From positions 128,001 to 192,000 of the forward strand of contig CAVPLT010000005.1 of NCBI GenBank assembly GCA_963706325.1: a stretch of 64,000 nt of DNA, written 5' to 3'. The number at the start of each line of letters is the position of its first letter. The stretch's first letter is position 1. This document shows, piece after piece, positions 39,929 to 50,019 of this stretch. The DNA comes from an uncultured Nitrospiraceae bacterium (lineage in GTDB: Bacteria > Nitrospirota > Nitrospiria > Nitrospirales > Nitrospiraceae). Under the pieces are notes generated by a model, which saw only the letters and a program-made list of their open reading frames with translations, was not told the origin of the DNA and did not search any database. A program made the translations under genes and the position numbers.

Positions 39929-40411
39929 TCAGTCTCGCCCAGTGCGCGAGGCACCCTCTGTGGAAAGGGCCGCTGGTGCAATCAGGGCGGGGTGATGAAC
40001 GGGTTCCGTGGAGGCGGTTGGCGCGACCGACAGGCATATCTCCATGCGAGGATTGTCGAGGTCTTGAGATTTGTAGAGATGGATTTCCACGACCCGATTA
40101 TCGTTCAATCCCAGCCCTTCGCAGAGCGCATCTTGCGCGATCTTGAGTCCCCCATCCGTATCCCGACGAAGGGCGGACGCAAAGAAAAAATGAATCAACA
40201 ACGACAGGTTCGCCCGCTGTAAGATTTGTCTTAGAGTACCACGATGCGGCGATTGGGCAAGCGCAACGAGAATTTGTTGCCCGACGAGATCTTTGAACGC
40301 GCGTCCCTTCGCTGAGAGTAGGCGGCGTCCATTGACGGTGGCATATTGATGATTCACACTGGGAGGGACAGGTAACGTCAGTTCAATCGACTCGGACGTC
40401 ACTCGGACCAT
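39929..40411 (-). CDS. rusA: RusA-family Holliday junction resolvase-like protein
   Basis: LPVPPSVN, RRDTDGGLK...DAL...NDNRV; start uncertain (40411 or 40564). Confidence 0.8.
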   Translation of the reverse strand: MVRVTSESIELTLPVPPSVNHQYATVNGRRLLSAKGRAFKDLVGQQILVALAQSPHRGTLRQILQRANLSLLIHFFFASALRRDTDGGLKIAQDALCEGLGLNDNRVVEIHLYKSQDLDNPRMEICLSVAPTASTEPVHHPALIAPAALSTEGASRTGRD

Positions 40412-40589
40412 CGGCTCGGAGGGCCTTCGCGGGCTCGGTGCCTTTACGGTTTTTCGCGATGCGCGGAAGGGCGTAAGATCTTCAATTGAGCGCGACGGCT
40501 GTTTGGGTGATGGACGAAAAGAGGTGGACCTAAAGGCGACGGGAGATTGTCGAGGGCGAGACACGCGGCGCAAGGGCCTGCCTATTGAA

Positions 40590-41030
40590 CTAAAGAAGAT
40601 TTTGGATTTTCGCGATATCCTGCTCGTACCGGTCTTCGGTCCTGGTGAGGTACCGTCGCCATTCCGCCGGGCTCCAGATCTCCAGCCGGTGGTACATCCC
40701 AACGAGGAAGACTTCCTGATCGTCATCCATCGGGACCAGCTTACGAAGGCGGCTGGGAATCAACACACGGCCGGCCTTGTCGATGTCCGATGCGCCGGCT
40801 TGCGACATCACATGGTGCATGAACAAGCGACTCTGGTCCTCGTCCAGCGTGGTTCTAGTCCGCTCCAGCACCTTTTCCCATTCCTTGGCTGAGTACACCC
40901 AAAGCGTCTGCTCGGTATTTTTGAGGAACATCACCTGATTGCCCTCGCTTTCGAAACGTTCTCGAAGCGGAGACGGGATCAGGAAACGTCCTTTTTCATC
41001 GACTTTGCAGAGGAATTCCCCGGCGAACAT
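40590..41030 (-). CDS. mraZ: MraZ-like transcriptional regulator
   Basis: MFAGEF...VDEKGRFLIP and IDKAGRVLIP repeats, VGM...LEIW. Confidence 0.88.
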   Translation of the reverse strand: MFAGEFLCKVDEKGRFLIPSPLRERFESEGNQVMFLKNTEQTLWVYSAKEWEKVLERTRTTLDEDQSRLFMHHVMSQAGASDIDKAGRVLIPSRLRKLVPMDDDQEVFLVGMYHRLEIWSPAEWRRYLTRTEDRYEQDIAKIQNLL

Positions 41031-41046
41031 TATCGACATCCTCCGG

Positions 41047-41244
41047 TCACGAACGCGGTAGGGACACGGGACGTTCTTGAAGCCATCGTTCCAAGTCCGT
41101 CCGGACAAAGCGCCATTCCTTGCCCAGCTTGAAACCAGGCAGATGACGGTCCTGGATGTAACGAAAGAGCGTACGAGGGCTGACTTTGAGATAGCGGCAT
41201 GTCTTCGCCACCGTGAGGAGTTCGTTCTTGAGATCGGTTGTCAT
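41047..41244 (-). CDS. Excisionase-like HTH_17 DNA-binding protein
   Basis: LLTVAKTCRYLKVSPRTLFRYI....LPGFKLGKEWRF. Confidence 0.85.
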   Translation of the reverse strand: MTTDLKNELLTVAKTCRYLKVSPRTLFRYIQDRHLPGFKLGKEWRFVRTDLERWLQERPVSLPRS

Positions 41245-41961
41245 GCAGACTCAAACGAAGCATCGGTAGGTACATAGGAGCCAGCCACCCGTCCATTTCT
41301 AGGGTGATGGTAGGAGACATGGCCGATCCTGTCAAGCGAATAGTCACCTCACTGCGACAGGAGCTAGTGCTAATGCCTAAACCTATCCTTATGCTACGGG
41401 GCTCAATGATGTCGTCAAGCTGAGGGTAGTGGAAAATCCGTGAGGAAGTGCCTAATGACAAGCTCAAAGGTGGAAGCTAGGCGAAGGTCGGAGCTGCCGA
41501 CACAGGTAGCAGCTGTGACCGAATTTGAGGGGAGACACGTACATCCAGCAAGAGTCGCCATGATGAGGAACAAGTCTGCTAAGGTCGTTCGCCAAGTATT
41601 CCCCATTCCATGCTCCTGCACACGCTGATAGAGATGCACTCAATTGTGATGCTGTGGGGATTGTTCTCGGAAAACCTCATGCGATAAATTCCATCTGTAA
41701 TTGTTCAGTCTCCAGAGTTGGCCCTAGACAAGGTTACAATCCTTCCCTCATCTGAGGGGTTTAGCCTGCAGATTCCACTGAAGCAGCCACACAGCCCTAT
41801 GATGTCATTGGGCCAAGCAACCTTTAAGGTCTTGGATTCCGAGTTAGAATTTCAGAGAGGCGTTCTATATAGGCCTCCCCCCCTTGATCCACCCTCTCGA
41901 ATTTCTTAATCTATGTTCACGGACGTGTCGGAAGAATTCGCAAGAAAAGGAGGAGGTGCTT

Positions 41962-42165
41962 ATGAAGCTCGAGTTAACACTTGAAGAGGCTCGCGTGCTC
42001 GATGTGGCGGTTGAATACATCAAGAGACATAGGGATGTGGCAGCGAAGATCTACGCCGGCTACGAGGATGATTTCAAGACAATCAATGCGGTTGGAGGGA
42101 CAATTCGAGCAGCCTACCTGAACGGCAAAAGGGAACTGACGGAGAAGTGTGCCGCTCGTTCGTGA
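41962..42165 (+). CDS. Small hypothetical protein
   Basis: 67 aa ORF with strong AGGAGGAGG RBS. Confidence 0.7.
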   Translation: MKLELTLEEARVLDVAVEYIKRHRDVAAKIYAGYEDDFKTINAVGGTIRAAYLNGKRELTEKCAARS

Positions 42166-42548
42166 GAAGGCGTGTATTCTTCGCGCCTGATCGCGTCCAT
42201 CTTCGGCGCACGCGCCCGTTCCTATTCCCTCGCCGGCGGGCATGGGCAGGAAGTGGTTTGCGTGCTCAGCGTATGGGCTAACATAGTTTTCGGCAAGAAA
42301 TAGGTCTGAGGTTAAACGAGACCTTCTTCCATGTTCCGGTTGGTTTATCGATCAGAACCCGGTACTCATGTCGGCTGTACGTAGATAGGTCTCGGCGCTA
42401 CGACTACGGGAACGATACAGAAAAAATTGCAATAAATTCTCATCGTGAGCACCTCGACTGGTTACCATCCGCTGGTAGCATCTGCTCCCAATCTTGATCC
42501 GAAACCCTCATTGGCGTGTGGTTGCGCTTCTCGTCAAGTCCAGAGTAG

Positions 42549-42890
42549 TCAGTCGAAGTCGGCGGCGCCCATGTCTGCCGGCGGCTGCCCTTCCTCCATC
42601 GCGGCGTCCATCTCGTCGCCAAGATCTTCGCCCATTTCCTGTCCCATTTTTTTCATGAACCGGGCCATGCTCTGGGGGTCATTTTCATCCAGTCCGCTTA
42701 GATGGCTCGGGTCAGCCAGAGATTCGAGTCGGGCCTCCTCAGACTTGGGCGAGGCAAACCTGGACATGAGTCGTTCCAATTCGGGGCTGTGGCAGTTGCT
42801 ACAGGATTGCTGGGGAGGAGCGCTGATGCTCAAGATCAGGCGGCTGGTCCGCTTCCCACATTGCCGGCAGCGATATTCATAGATCGGCAT
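42549..42890 (-). CDS. FmdB-family zinc ribbon protein
   Basis: MPIYEYRCRQCG...CSNCHS..LERLMS. Confidence 0.88.
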   Translation of the reverse strand: MPIYEYRCRQCGKRTSRLILSISAPPQQSCSNCHSPELERLMSRFASPKSEEARLESLADPSHLSGLDENDPQSMARFMKKMGQEMGEDLGDEMDAAMEEGQPPADMGAADFD

Positions 42891-42893
42891 GGA

Positions 42894-43691
42894 CTAAGCT
42901 CTCAGTTCTTCTGGATGGTTAAAGGTCGACGGTGGCAGTGAGGAATCTGTAACCATGCCGGCGTCCACAGAACGGGCGAGGGCAAGGACCGCCACCTCTA
43001 GGGCGCCGGCAGCGAGCAGTACTCGGGCACACTCATTGACGGTTGTTCCAGTGGTGAACACATCGTCGACGAGCAAGATGCGTTTCCCCATAACATCATG
43101 GGGTGCGCGCAGGGCAAACGCCTTGCGCAGGTTCCCAAGGCGGGCCGAGCGCGGAAGTGTGATTTGCGGGTCGGTGTCGATGACACGCACCAAGTTTCGA
43201 TAGGATACGGGCCGTTGTATGACAGGGCTGATTCGGTCGGCGAGGAGCAACGACTGATTGAATTCCCGATGCCGGAGGCGGTTAGGATGGAGTGGTACAG
43301 GCATCAGAAGGTCGGTCGTCAAATTCTGTGGCACGGTTTGAGCTAGCAACGCTCCCAACGAATCTGCCAAGGCCACTTTCCCCCGATATTTGAAGAGGGC
43401 GATGGCGTCTCGCAGCGGAGGCGTATAGGCGTATGCAGCCCAAACATGGGTATAGTGCGGGTCGCGAGTGCGGCAGTCCTGACATTCGTGCCTGGGGCTG
43501 TAAATAGTGGCTGAGGCCGAGGCAAAGGGGCGATGACATCGTGGGCAAGCAGGTCCTCGCAGGGGACGGATGTGGCCCCAGCACGGACGACAAAAGAACG
43601 GTGTGGGGTCATCCGTGAGCGGTTGATTGCAGCTAGCGCAATCTGAGGGAAGCAACAGTCGTGAGGCTTGCCTAAAAATGCCTCCTACCAC
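42894..43691 (-). CDS. comF: ComF-family double zinc ribbon / phosphoribosyltransferase-like protein
   Basis: Four CxxC pairs, PVPLH..R...REFNQS, LLVDDVFTTGTT. Confidence 0.9.
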   Translation of the reverse strand: MVGGIFRQASRLLLPSDCASCNQPLTDDPTPFFCRPCWGHIRPLRGPACPRCHRPFASASATIYSPRHECQDCRTRDPHYTHVWAAYAYTPPLRDAIALFKYRGKVALADSLGALLAQTVPQNLTTDLLMPVPLHPNRLRHREFNQSLLLADRISPVIQRPVSYRNLVRVIDTDPQITLPRSARLGNLRKAFALRAPHDVMGKRILLVDDVFTTGTTVNECARVLLAAGALEVAVLALARSVDAGMVTDSSLPPSTFNHPEELRA

Positions 43692-43910
43692 TGGGCGAGA
43701 CCTTTCTTTGACTTGCGGCGCGAAGCTACGGACAGCATGGTTCTGGACTTGTACGGAAAAGCCTCCGACCTGTCAAGGTTGTGGGGTGCAAAGGGGCTAT
43801 GGTATAGGACCTTCCGGTCGCATCGCGCGACCTTCCCGCAGGATTTGTAGGTCGAGGTTGCGCGTCTTAGTGAACGTGACGCCTCCTTCACAGCCATCGG
43901 TTTCCAAACT

Positions 43911-44615
43911 ATGCAATCCTCTGCCAAGGCGGTGGTTAGTGTACAGAATCTCTCCAGAGAATACAGCCGCGGGCAGACGGTGGTACGCGCACTGCAGGAT
44001 GTTACCCTGGACGTGAAAGCGGGAGATTTCTGCGCCTTCGTGGGGCCAAGCGGTTGTGGTAAAAGTACCCTGTTGAACCTTCTGGGCGGATTAGATCGTC
44101 CCACATCCGGCGACATCGTGATCGAGAATCGCTCTGTGACCCATGCGAGTGCCGCCGAATGGACTCGTTTGAGGCGTGAAGTGATTGGGATTGTCTTTCA
44201 AGCCTTCCATCTTATCCCTGGGCTGACGGTCGCAGAAAATGTCGCCTTGCCATTACTGCTCAAGGGTGAACAGGGAGGGGTGGTGACCGAGCGGGTCGAC
44301 GAGGTTTTGCGAGCCGTGGGAATGGACGTTCATCGTTCGCATCGCCCCAGCGAGTTATCGGGCGGTGAGCAACAGCGTGTCGCCATCGCCCGGGCAATTG
44401 TGCACCGGCCGCGACTGATTCTGGCCGATGAGCCGACGGGAAATTTGGATTCCAAACAGGGTGCCGACATCGTCAGGCTGTTCCGTGGTTTGCCGGAACG
44501 CTTCGGCCACACGGTGCTGCTGGTGACGCACAGCGAGACGGCGGCAGCGGCGGCCGACTATGTGTGGCTTATGCGGGATGGTCGGTTGGTGAACTGTGTC
44601 AGGAAGAGGGCCTAG
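43911..44615 (+). CDS. LolD-like ABC transporter ATP-binding protein
   Basis: GPSGCGKST, LSGGEQQRV, ADEPTGNLD. Confidence 0.92.
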   Translation: MQSSAKAVVSVQNLSREYSRGQTVVRALQDVTLDVKAGDFCAFVGPSGCGKSTLLNLLGGLDRPTSGDIVIENRSVTHASAAEWTRLRREVIGIVFQAFHLIPGLTVAENVALPLLLKGEQGGVVTERVDEVLRAVGMDVHRSHRPSELSGGEQQRVAIARAIVHRPRLILADEPTGNLDSKQGADIVRLFRGLPERFGHTVLLVTHSETAAAAADYVWLMRDGRLVNCVRKRA

Positions 44616-44731
44616 CAGGATGTTGAAAAATTCCGCCAGCTTTGCTCGGAAGCTCAACGTACCACAAGGGTACGCCTCGCCCTCTCGCATCGCTGCGGCC
44701 TCGCTGGACGGCCTTTTTGACCATCCTGCGA
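44613..44731 (+). repeat. Palindromic element, short copy
   Basis: TAGCAGGATGTTGAAAAA ... CTCAACGTAC-CACAAGG-GTACGCCTC ... TTTTTGACCATCCTGCGA; starts at the ATPase TAG. Confidence 0.88.
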
Positions 44732-44822
44732 ACCTTTGGTATATCCTCTTCGGCTCACATCTCTCTCTATTGTCAGGGGCCTCAAACGGTTTTACGACGG
44801 TCCGCTATGGGAAAGGATCAGC

Positions 44823-45749
44823 ATGGATTTGAGCACCACCATTGCCGGAGTGAAGTTTTCCACCTGTTTCATGAATGCGTCCGGGGCGCTTTGTGTGACG
44901 CGTGAAGAGCTGCATGCGCTGGGCCGCTCGCGAGCGGGGGCGATCGTGACTAAGTCCATGACGCTGGAACCGCGAGTGGGGAATTCCGAACCGCGCTATT
45001 ACGGATTTCCCGGCGGATCGATCAATTCGATGGGACTTCCAAATCTTGGTTACTTAGCCTATGCCGAACTTATCCCTGATCTCAAACAGTTTGGCAAGCC
45101 CATCATCGCCAGTATCGCCGGTCTTTGCGAGGACGATTTTCTCACGATGGCACGAGTGATCAACCAGGCAGGTCCGGATCTCATCGAGGTTAATCTCTCC
45201 TGCCCGAACATCGCCGGCAAACCTCAGATTGCCTACGATCCCGTTGACTCAGCACGGCTCCTGAAGCGCGTGCGTCCGCTTATTTCCGTTCCCATGGGGG
45301 TGAAGTTACCACCATATTTCGACCCGGCTCACCATGCCGTGATGGCCGATGTCATTCGGCGTAGTGGAGTGGATTACCTGAATCTCATCAATTCCGTCGG
45401 CAATGGTCTCGTTGTGGACCCACACCGTGAGACGCCCGTCATTAAGCCCAAGGGGGGCTTCGGGGGGTTGGGAGGTTCGTTGATAAAACCCGTCGCGCTG
45501 GCGAATGTGCGAGCATTTTGGAAGCTGCTGGAAGGCAAGATTCCGATCATCGGAACCGGCGGGGTCATGCAGGGGGTCGATGCGTTTGAACATGTGCTCT
45601 GTGGAGCATCCGCAGTCCAGGTGGGAACCGCATTGGTTGAAGAGGGCCTGGCGGTGTTCGAGCGATTGGAACGCGAATTGACGGGTGAACTGACCGCGCG
45701 AGGCAGAGAGTCGCTGTGTGAATGCCGAGGAAGTTTGAAAGAGTTATAA
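44823..45749 (+). CDS. pyrD: Dihydroorotate dehydrogenase, class 1A-like
   Basis: MNASG, SINSMGLPN, NLSCPN (Cys), VKLPPY, INSVGNG, GFGGLGG. Confidence 0.92.
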   Translation: MDLSTTIAGVKFSTCFMNASGALCVTREELHALGRSRAGAIVTKSMTLEPRVGNSEPRYYGFPGGSINSMGLPNLGYLAYAELIPDLKQFGKPIIASIAGLCEDDFLTMARVINQAGPDLIEVNLSCPNIAGKPQIAYDPVDSARLLKRVRPLISVPMGVKLPPYFDPAHHAVMADVIRRSGVDYLNLINSVGNGLVVDPHRETPVIKPKGGFGGLGGSLIKPVALANVRAFWKLLEGKIPIIGTGGVMQGVDAFEHVLCGASAVQVGTALVEEGLAVFERLERELTGELTARGRESLCECRGSLKEL

Positions 45750-45786
45750 CCGAGTGCTGCTGGGTGCCCGAGACCTCGCCGCGAGT

Positions 45787-46140
45787 TTATTTAAATGCGA
45801 AATTCTTGGGAAGAAAGCCCTGCTGCAGCGCTTGACGGAGGAGCTGTGCGACATTGCGGACTTTTAGGCGTCGCATTAAATTGAATCGATGGACCTCAAC
45901 CGTCCGGACGCTGATCGCAAGACGGCGCGCAATATCTCGATTCGTATTTCCTTGCGACACGAGCTTGAGAATTTCCCTTTGCCGGGGCGTCAACCCATCC
46001 GTTCGTTTGCCGGACGGCTTGATCGGTTTATTTGATTTGACCGGCTTGGTCTTCTTTGTCGGCTTTGCAGCCTTGGTCGACTTCGTGGTCTTTTTCGCCT
46101 TCGCAGCTTTTTTGGAGCGAACCAGTTTGCGTTGTGGCAT
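45787..46140 (-). CDS. LuxR-type HTH protein with Lys-rich N-terminal tail
   Basis: KKAAKAKKTTKSTKAAKPTKK then LTPRQREILKL...TVEVHRFNLMRRL. Confidence 0.85.
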   Translation of the reverse strand: MPQRKLVRSKKAAKAKKTTKSTKAAKPTKKTKPVKSNKPIKPSGKRTDGLTPRQREILKLVSQGNTNRDIARRLAISVRTVEVHRFNLMRRLKVRNVAQLLRQALQQGFLPKNFAFK

Positions 46141-46238
46141 AGATTTTCTCTGTCCCAAATTCTACTGTTAGTAATCCTAGCATACCTGTGTAAATCTGTA
46201 AAAACAATTACTGGACTCCTGTTCGATGGAGCGTACGA

Positions 46239-48893
46239 ATGTCGCTGCCCCCATCGTCCCTCGTCGCGGTCTTCGTTCGTCTGGGATGGACACATTTGTC
46301 CACGCGTCCTGGCCGAACCCTGCTTACCATTCTTGGCGTCGGATTGGGGGTGGCGGCGACGATTGCTGTCCAAACCGCCAATGTGGACGTTTTACGCTCC
46401 TTCGAGGAGTCTGTCCTGACTGTGGCTGGCCCGGTCACCCTGGAGGTGTCGGCGGGAGAGGCAGGAATGGATGAGCGTCTAGTCACAGGAGTACGAGACA
46501 TTGCCGGAGTCGAATCGGCTCGACCGGTGCTGGAGGTCGGTGTTCGACTAGCGATCGGGGCCGGCCGTTACCAATCGTTCCGTATCCTCGGGGTGGACCT
46601 TCTGGATGAACTCAATTCCGTGAGGGGTCGTCTGCCTGCTTCGTTCGACGCGCTCCAGGGTTCCGGAGAAGAGCAAGGGCTGGAAGGGCTTTTGATCCCT
46701 GATGGCATTTTGGTGGGCCAAGGGCTGGCGTTGGAGATAGACGCCAAGCCCAAGACCGTGCTTGCCCTGGAGGTCGGTGGACGCGACATTTCGGTCTCCG
46801 TGACCTCGGTCATGCGTCGCCACTCGGGTCCCCCATCCGTATGGGACCGCTTGGCGGTTATGGATATTGCCGCCGCGCAGCGGACGTTCGGCCTAACCGG
46901 GCGTTTGGATCGCATCGATGTTGTCACGCAATCCTCATTTTCGATCGAGCAGGTAGCGCAGGCCATACAGCGGATCCTGCCTCCGGCTGTCACCGTCCAC
47001 CGTCCGCTCCAACGCAGCCGGCAGGTCGAATCCATGGTCGGAGCGTTTCAATTGAATTTATCCGTACTGAGCATGGTGGGGCTGCTAATCGGGGTGTTTT
47101 TGATCTACAACACCGTGTCCTTCACGGTGACGCAACGGCGGCGCGAAGTGGGTATTCTGCGTGCCATCGGGATGAGCGAGTTCATGGTCGTCGGTCTTTT
47201 TCTTGCTGAGGCCGGACTAGTTGGTTTGGTCGGGGGAATCGTCGGAGGCGGGCTAGGGCTCGTGATGGGCAATGCGCTGGTCGGCGTGGTTGGCCGAACC
47301 ATACATGATCTATACGCACCGATGGCAGACATGTCGAACGCATTTGGATTTCCCCCGGGATCCGGGCGGCTGTGGCTCGAGGCTTTGGTGATCGGCAGTG
47401 GGGTGTCCGTGCTAGGGGCGCTGGGACCGAGTTTGGATGCTGGTCGCACCATTGTGGTCGCCGCCCTTGCGCCGGGAGAATACGATGTTACACAGCGGCT
47501 GCGCGCAGTTCCGCTCGCTATCGCGGGCGGAATTCTACTGATAGTCGCCCTGGCATGTGCCTTCGCCGAGCCTGTCGGCGGTGTGCCGGTGTTTGGGTAC
47601 CTTGCGACGCTCAGCCTCCTCGTAGGCTTATCCTGCCTGGTCCCTGTTCTCATCAAGCAATTTTGTCGCACCAGGGAGTTAGGCAAGGCTGCTGCCTCGC
47701 CTTCATTGGGAGGCGCGATCCGCCACATTGCACGAGAGCAAACCACGAGGGGAATGGGACGAAATGCGGTCACGGTGTCCGCTTTTCTCGTGGGGGTGGC
47801 GATTATGGTCGGGGTGATGATGATGATTCGGAGCTTTCGAGACACGGTCGAAATTTGGATTGATCAGACGGTGATGGCGGATTTTATCGTGGCGCCGGCT
47901 GGATGGCCCCATGCCAGCCAGCACGGAACGATGAATCGTACCCTCCCTCCCGGTTGGAGGGCGGCATTGGCCCGTGCAGCGCATGTGTCGGCGGTCGACG
48001 CGTACCATGACATTCGTATTGAGCTGCAGGGACGGCAGGTTGCGCTCGTGTCGAGGGATCTGGCGCTCCATGCCGCACGAAGTCGATATCTTTTCCTGGA
48101 AGGTGACTCCTCCGCGATTCTTGCGCATGCTGCAGCCGGCGAAGGCGTGATTCTCTCGGAAGTGTTGGCCAATTCCCTGCACTTGACGACAGGGAGCCGG
48201 CTGACTGTGATGACGCCGTCAGGAGAAAAATCGATGACGGTGTTGGGAGTGTTCTTTGACTATGCGACAGACGGCGGGAAGCTCGTCATCGATCGATCTT
48301 TGTATCATCGATGGTGGAACGACGAAAGTGTCACGCTGTTTCCCATCTATGTCATATCCGGTGCTGATCTGGGGCAGGTTCGGTCCGCCATTCTCGAAAC
48401 CTTGGCCCAAGAGACGCAGGGGCAGATGTCTCCAACGGTGCTGACCAATGCGGATTTGCGAGAGGAGATCCTTCGCATTTTCGATCGTACGTTCACCCTG
48501 ACCTATGTGCTGGAGGCCATTGCCGTGATCATCGCAATGTTGGGGATCATCAACACGCTGGTGACTTCCGTTGTTGAACGACGGCGCGAGCTGGCGACTC
48601 TGCAAGCGCTCGGGAGCAGCCGCGGGCAGATCACCGCGCTGATTCTGTGGGAGGCCGGGTATCTCGGTTTGTTGGGAACGGTAATGGGATTGTTTGGTGG
48701 GCTGGCGCTGGCGTGGATACTGATACGAGTCATCAACCGGCAATCATTCGGCTGGACGATCCAAATCTCATGGCCGCTAGGCCTTATGGCCGAAGTGGCG
48801 GCCATGGCTTTGGCGGCCTCGCTGTTTGCCGGACTGTGGCCGGCTCGGTGGGCCTCCAAGCAACCGCTGGTAGAAGGGTTGCGCTATGAGTGA
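46239..48893 (+). CDS. ABC transporter permease, double FtsX/MacB-like
   Basis: 884 aa; QRRREVGILRAIG and ERRRELATLQALG repeats, FGW, EGLRYE end. Confidence 0.9.
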   Translation: MSLPPSSLVAVFVRLGWTHLSTRPGRTLLTILGVGLGVAATIAVQTANVDVLRSFEESVLTVAGPVTLEVSAGEAGMDERLVTGVRDIAGVESARPVLEVGVRLAIGAGRYQSFRILGVDLLDELNSVRGRLPASFDALQGSGEEQGLEGLLIPDGILVGQGLALEIDAKPKTVLALEVGGRDISVSVTSVMRRHSGPPSVWDRLAVMDIAAAQRTFGLTGRLDRIDVVTQSSFSIEQVAQAIQRILPPAVTVHRPLQRSRQVESMVGAFQLNLSVLSMVGLLIGVFLIYNTVSFTVTQRRREVGILRAIGMSEFMVVGLFLAEAGLVGLVGGIVGGGLGLVMGNALVGVVGRTIHDLYAPMADMSNAFGFPPGSGRLWLEALVIGSGVSVLGALGPSLDAGRTIVVAALAPGEYDVTQRLRAVPLAIAGGILLIVALACAFAEPVGGVPVFGYLATLSLLVGLSCLVPVLIKQFCRTRELGKAAASPSLGGAIRHIAREQTTRGMGRNAVTVSAFLVGVAIMVGVMMMIRSFRDTVEIWIDQTVMADFIVAPAGWPHASQHGTMNRTLPPGWRAALARAAHVSAVDAYHDIRIELQGRQVALVSRDLALHAARSRYLFLEGDSSAILAHAAAGEGVILSEVLANSLHLTTGSRLTVMTPSGEKSMTVLGVFFDYATDGGKLVIDRSLYHRWWNDESVTLFPIYVISGADLGQVRSAILETLAQETQGQMSPTVLTNADLREEILRIFDRTFTLTYVLEAIAVIIAMLGIINTLVTSVVERRRELATLQALGSSRGQITALILWEAGYLGLLGTVMGLFGGLALAWILIRVINRQSFGWTIQISWPLGLMAEVAAMALAASLFAGLWPARWASKQPLVEGLRYE

Positions 48894-49918
48894 AGACCGA
48901 CGGCGGGTTCAGGCGCCTGCGTGGATCGCTGTGCGATGGGAATCGCATCGACCTGGATCTCAAAGCCAAGGTCTTCGATCATTCTCCACACTTCCGCGGC
49001 AGGTTGACCAGGGGTGGTGAGGTACCCGTTCACAAATACTGAATCCGCAGGATAGAGCGCCAGCGGCTGCAAGCTGCGCAGATTGTGCTCCCGCCCTCCG
49101 GCGATCCGGAGTTCCGTCCGCGGATGGAGGAAACGGAAAAGGCAGAGGGCCTTGAGACAACGTTGTGGCGTAAGGGGCGCACAGTCTTCTAACGGCGTGC
49201 CGGACGCCGGGTGAAAGGTGTTGATGGGAATTGAGTCCGGTTTGACTTCTCGGAGCGCCATTGCCAAGTCAATCAGATCCTCATCACGTTCTCCCATACC
49301 GACGATGCCACCGGAGCAGATTTCGAGGCCCGCAGTCCGCGCATGGTGAATCGTGGCCAGCCGGTCCTGAAACGTGTGCGTAGTGCAAATCGAGGAATGA
49401 TAAGCTTCGCTGGTGTTCAGATTGTGATTGATTCGATCGACCCCGGCGGCTTTCAGGTCACTCGCTTGGCGTTGATTGAGAAGGCCCAAAGAGCAGCAGA
49501 TCTGAATCGGAACTTCCTGTTTGATGGAGCGCACAGCGGAGGCAATGTCGGCAATCTCCCGATCCAATGGGCTGCGGCCGCTGATCACGATACAGTACCG
49601 CTGGGCCTTGGCGGCTGCGGCTCGGCGCGCGCCGGTCATCATCTCATCGCGAGAAATCAGGCCGTAACGCTCGATCGGCGCGGTTGAGACGACGGACTGC
49701 GAACAATAACCGCAGTCCTCCTGGCAGGCGCCGCTCTTTGCATTCAGCAACATCTGCAGGCGAACTGTTTTGCCGAAGTACCGTTCACGAACCCGGAAGG
49801 CCGCTTGTAAGAGTTCGAGCAGTTGGGAGTCTGGGGTTTTCAATACGCCGAGGCTCTCCTCCCGGGTGAGCAATTCATCCCGCAAGGCCTTGTCGGCCAG
49901 GATCGTGAAGTCAGTCAT
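48884..49918 (-). CDS. bioB: Biotin synthase
   Basis: KSGACQEDCGYCSQS radical SAM motif, NHNLNT, CSGGIVGMGE, RIAGGRE. Confidence 0.96.
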   Translation of the reverse strand: MTDFTILADKALRDELLTREESLGVLKTPDSQLLELLQAAFRVRERYFGKTVRLQMLLNAKSGACQEDCGYCSQSVVSTAPIERYGLISRDEMMTGARRAAAAKAQRYCIVISGRSPLDREIADIASAVRSIKQEVPIQICCSLGLLNQRQASDLKAAGVDRINHNLNTSEAYHSSICTTHTFQDRLATIHHARTAGLEICSGGIVGMGERDEDLIDLAMALREVKPDSIPINTFHPASGTPLEDCAPLTPQRCLKALCLFRFLHPRTELRIAGGREHNLRSLQPLALYPADSVFVNGYLTTPGQPAAEVWRMIEDLGFEIQVDAIPIAQRSTQAPEPAVGLHS

Positions 49919-50019
49919 GCACGCTACTCCTCGAAAAAATAGATCGGACCTCGCCACCCGCTTCGTGCTTCCGTGGGAGGGAGGCCTGGGTTGTGAAAAG
50001 AAAAAATGGCGGAGAAACC

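Noticed and set aside
41415..41639. Possible small lipoprotein ORF (LAGC)
   Set aside because: Acidic residue in the hydrophobic stretch and no recognisable mature domain; unsupported.
39929..42165. Prophage
   Set aside because: No integrase, structural genes, att repeats or clear compositional shift.
44596..44905. Short ORFs such as SRMLKNSASF... (similar ORFs at 32507-32698 and 15582-15809)
   Set aside because: Translations of the palindromic repeat, not independent genes.
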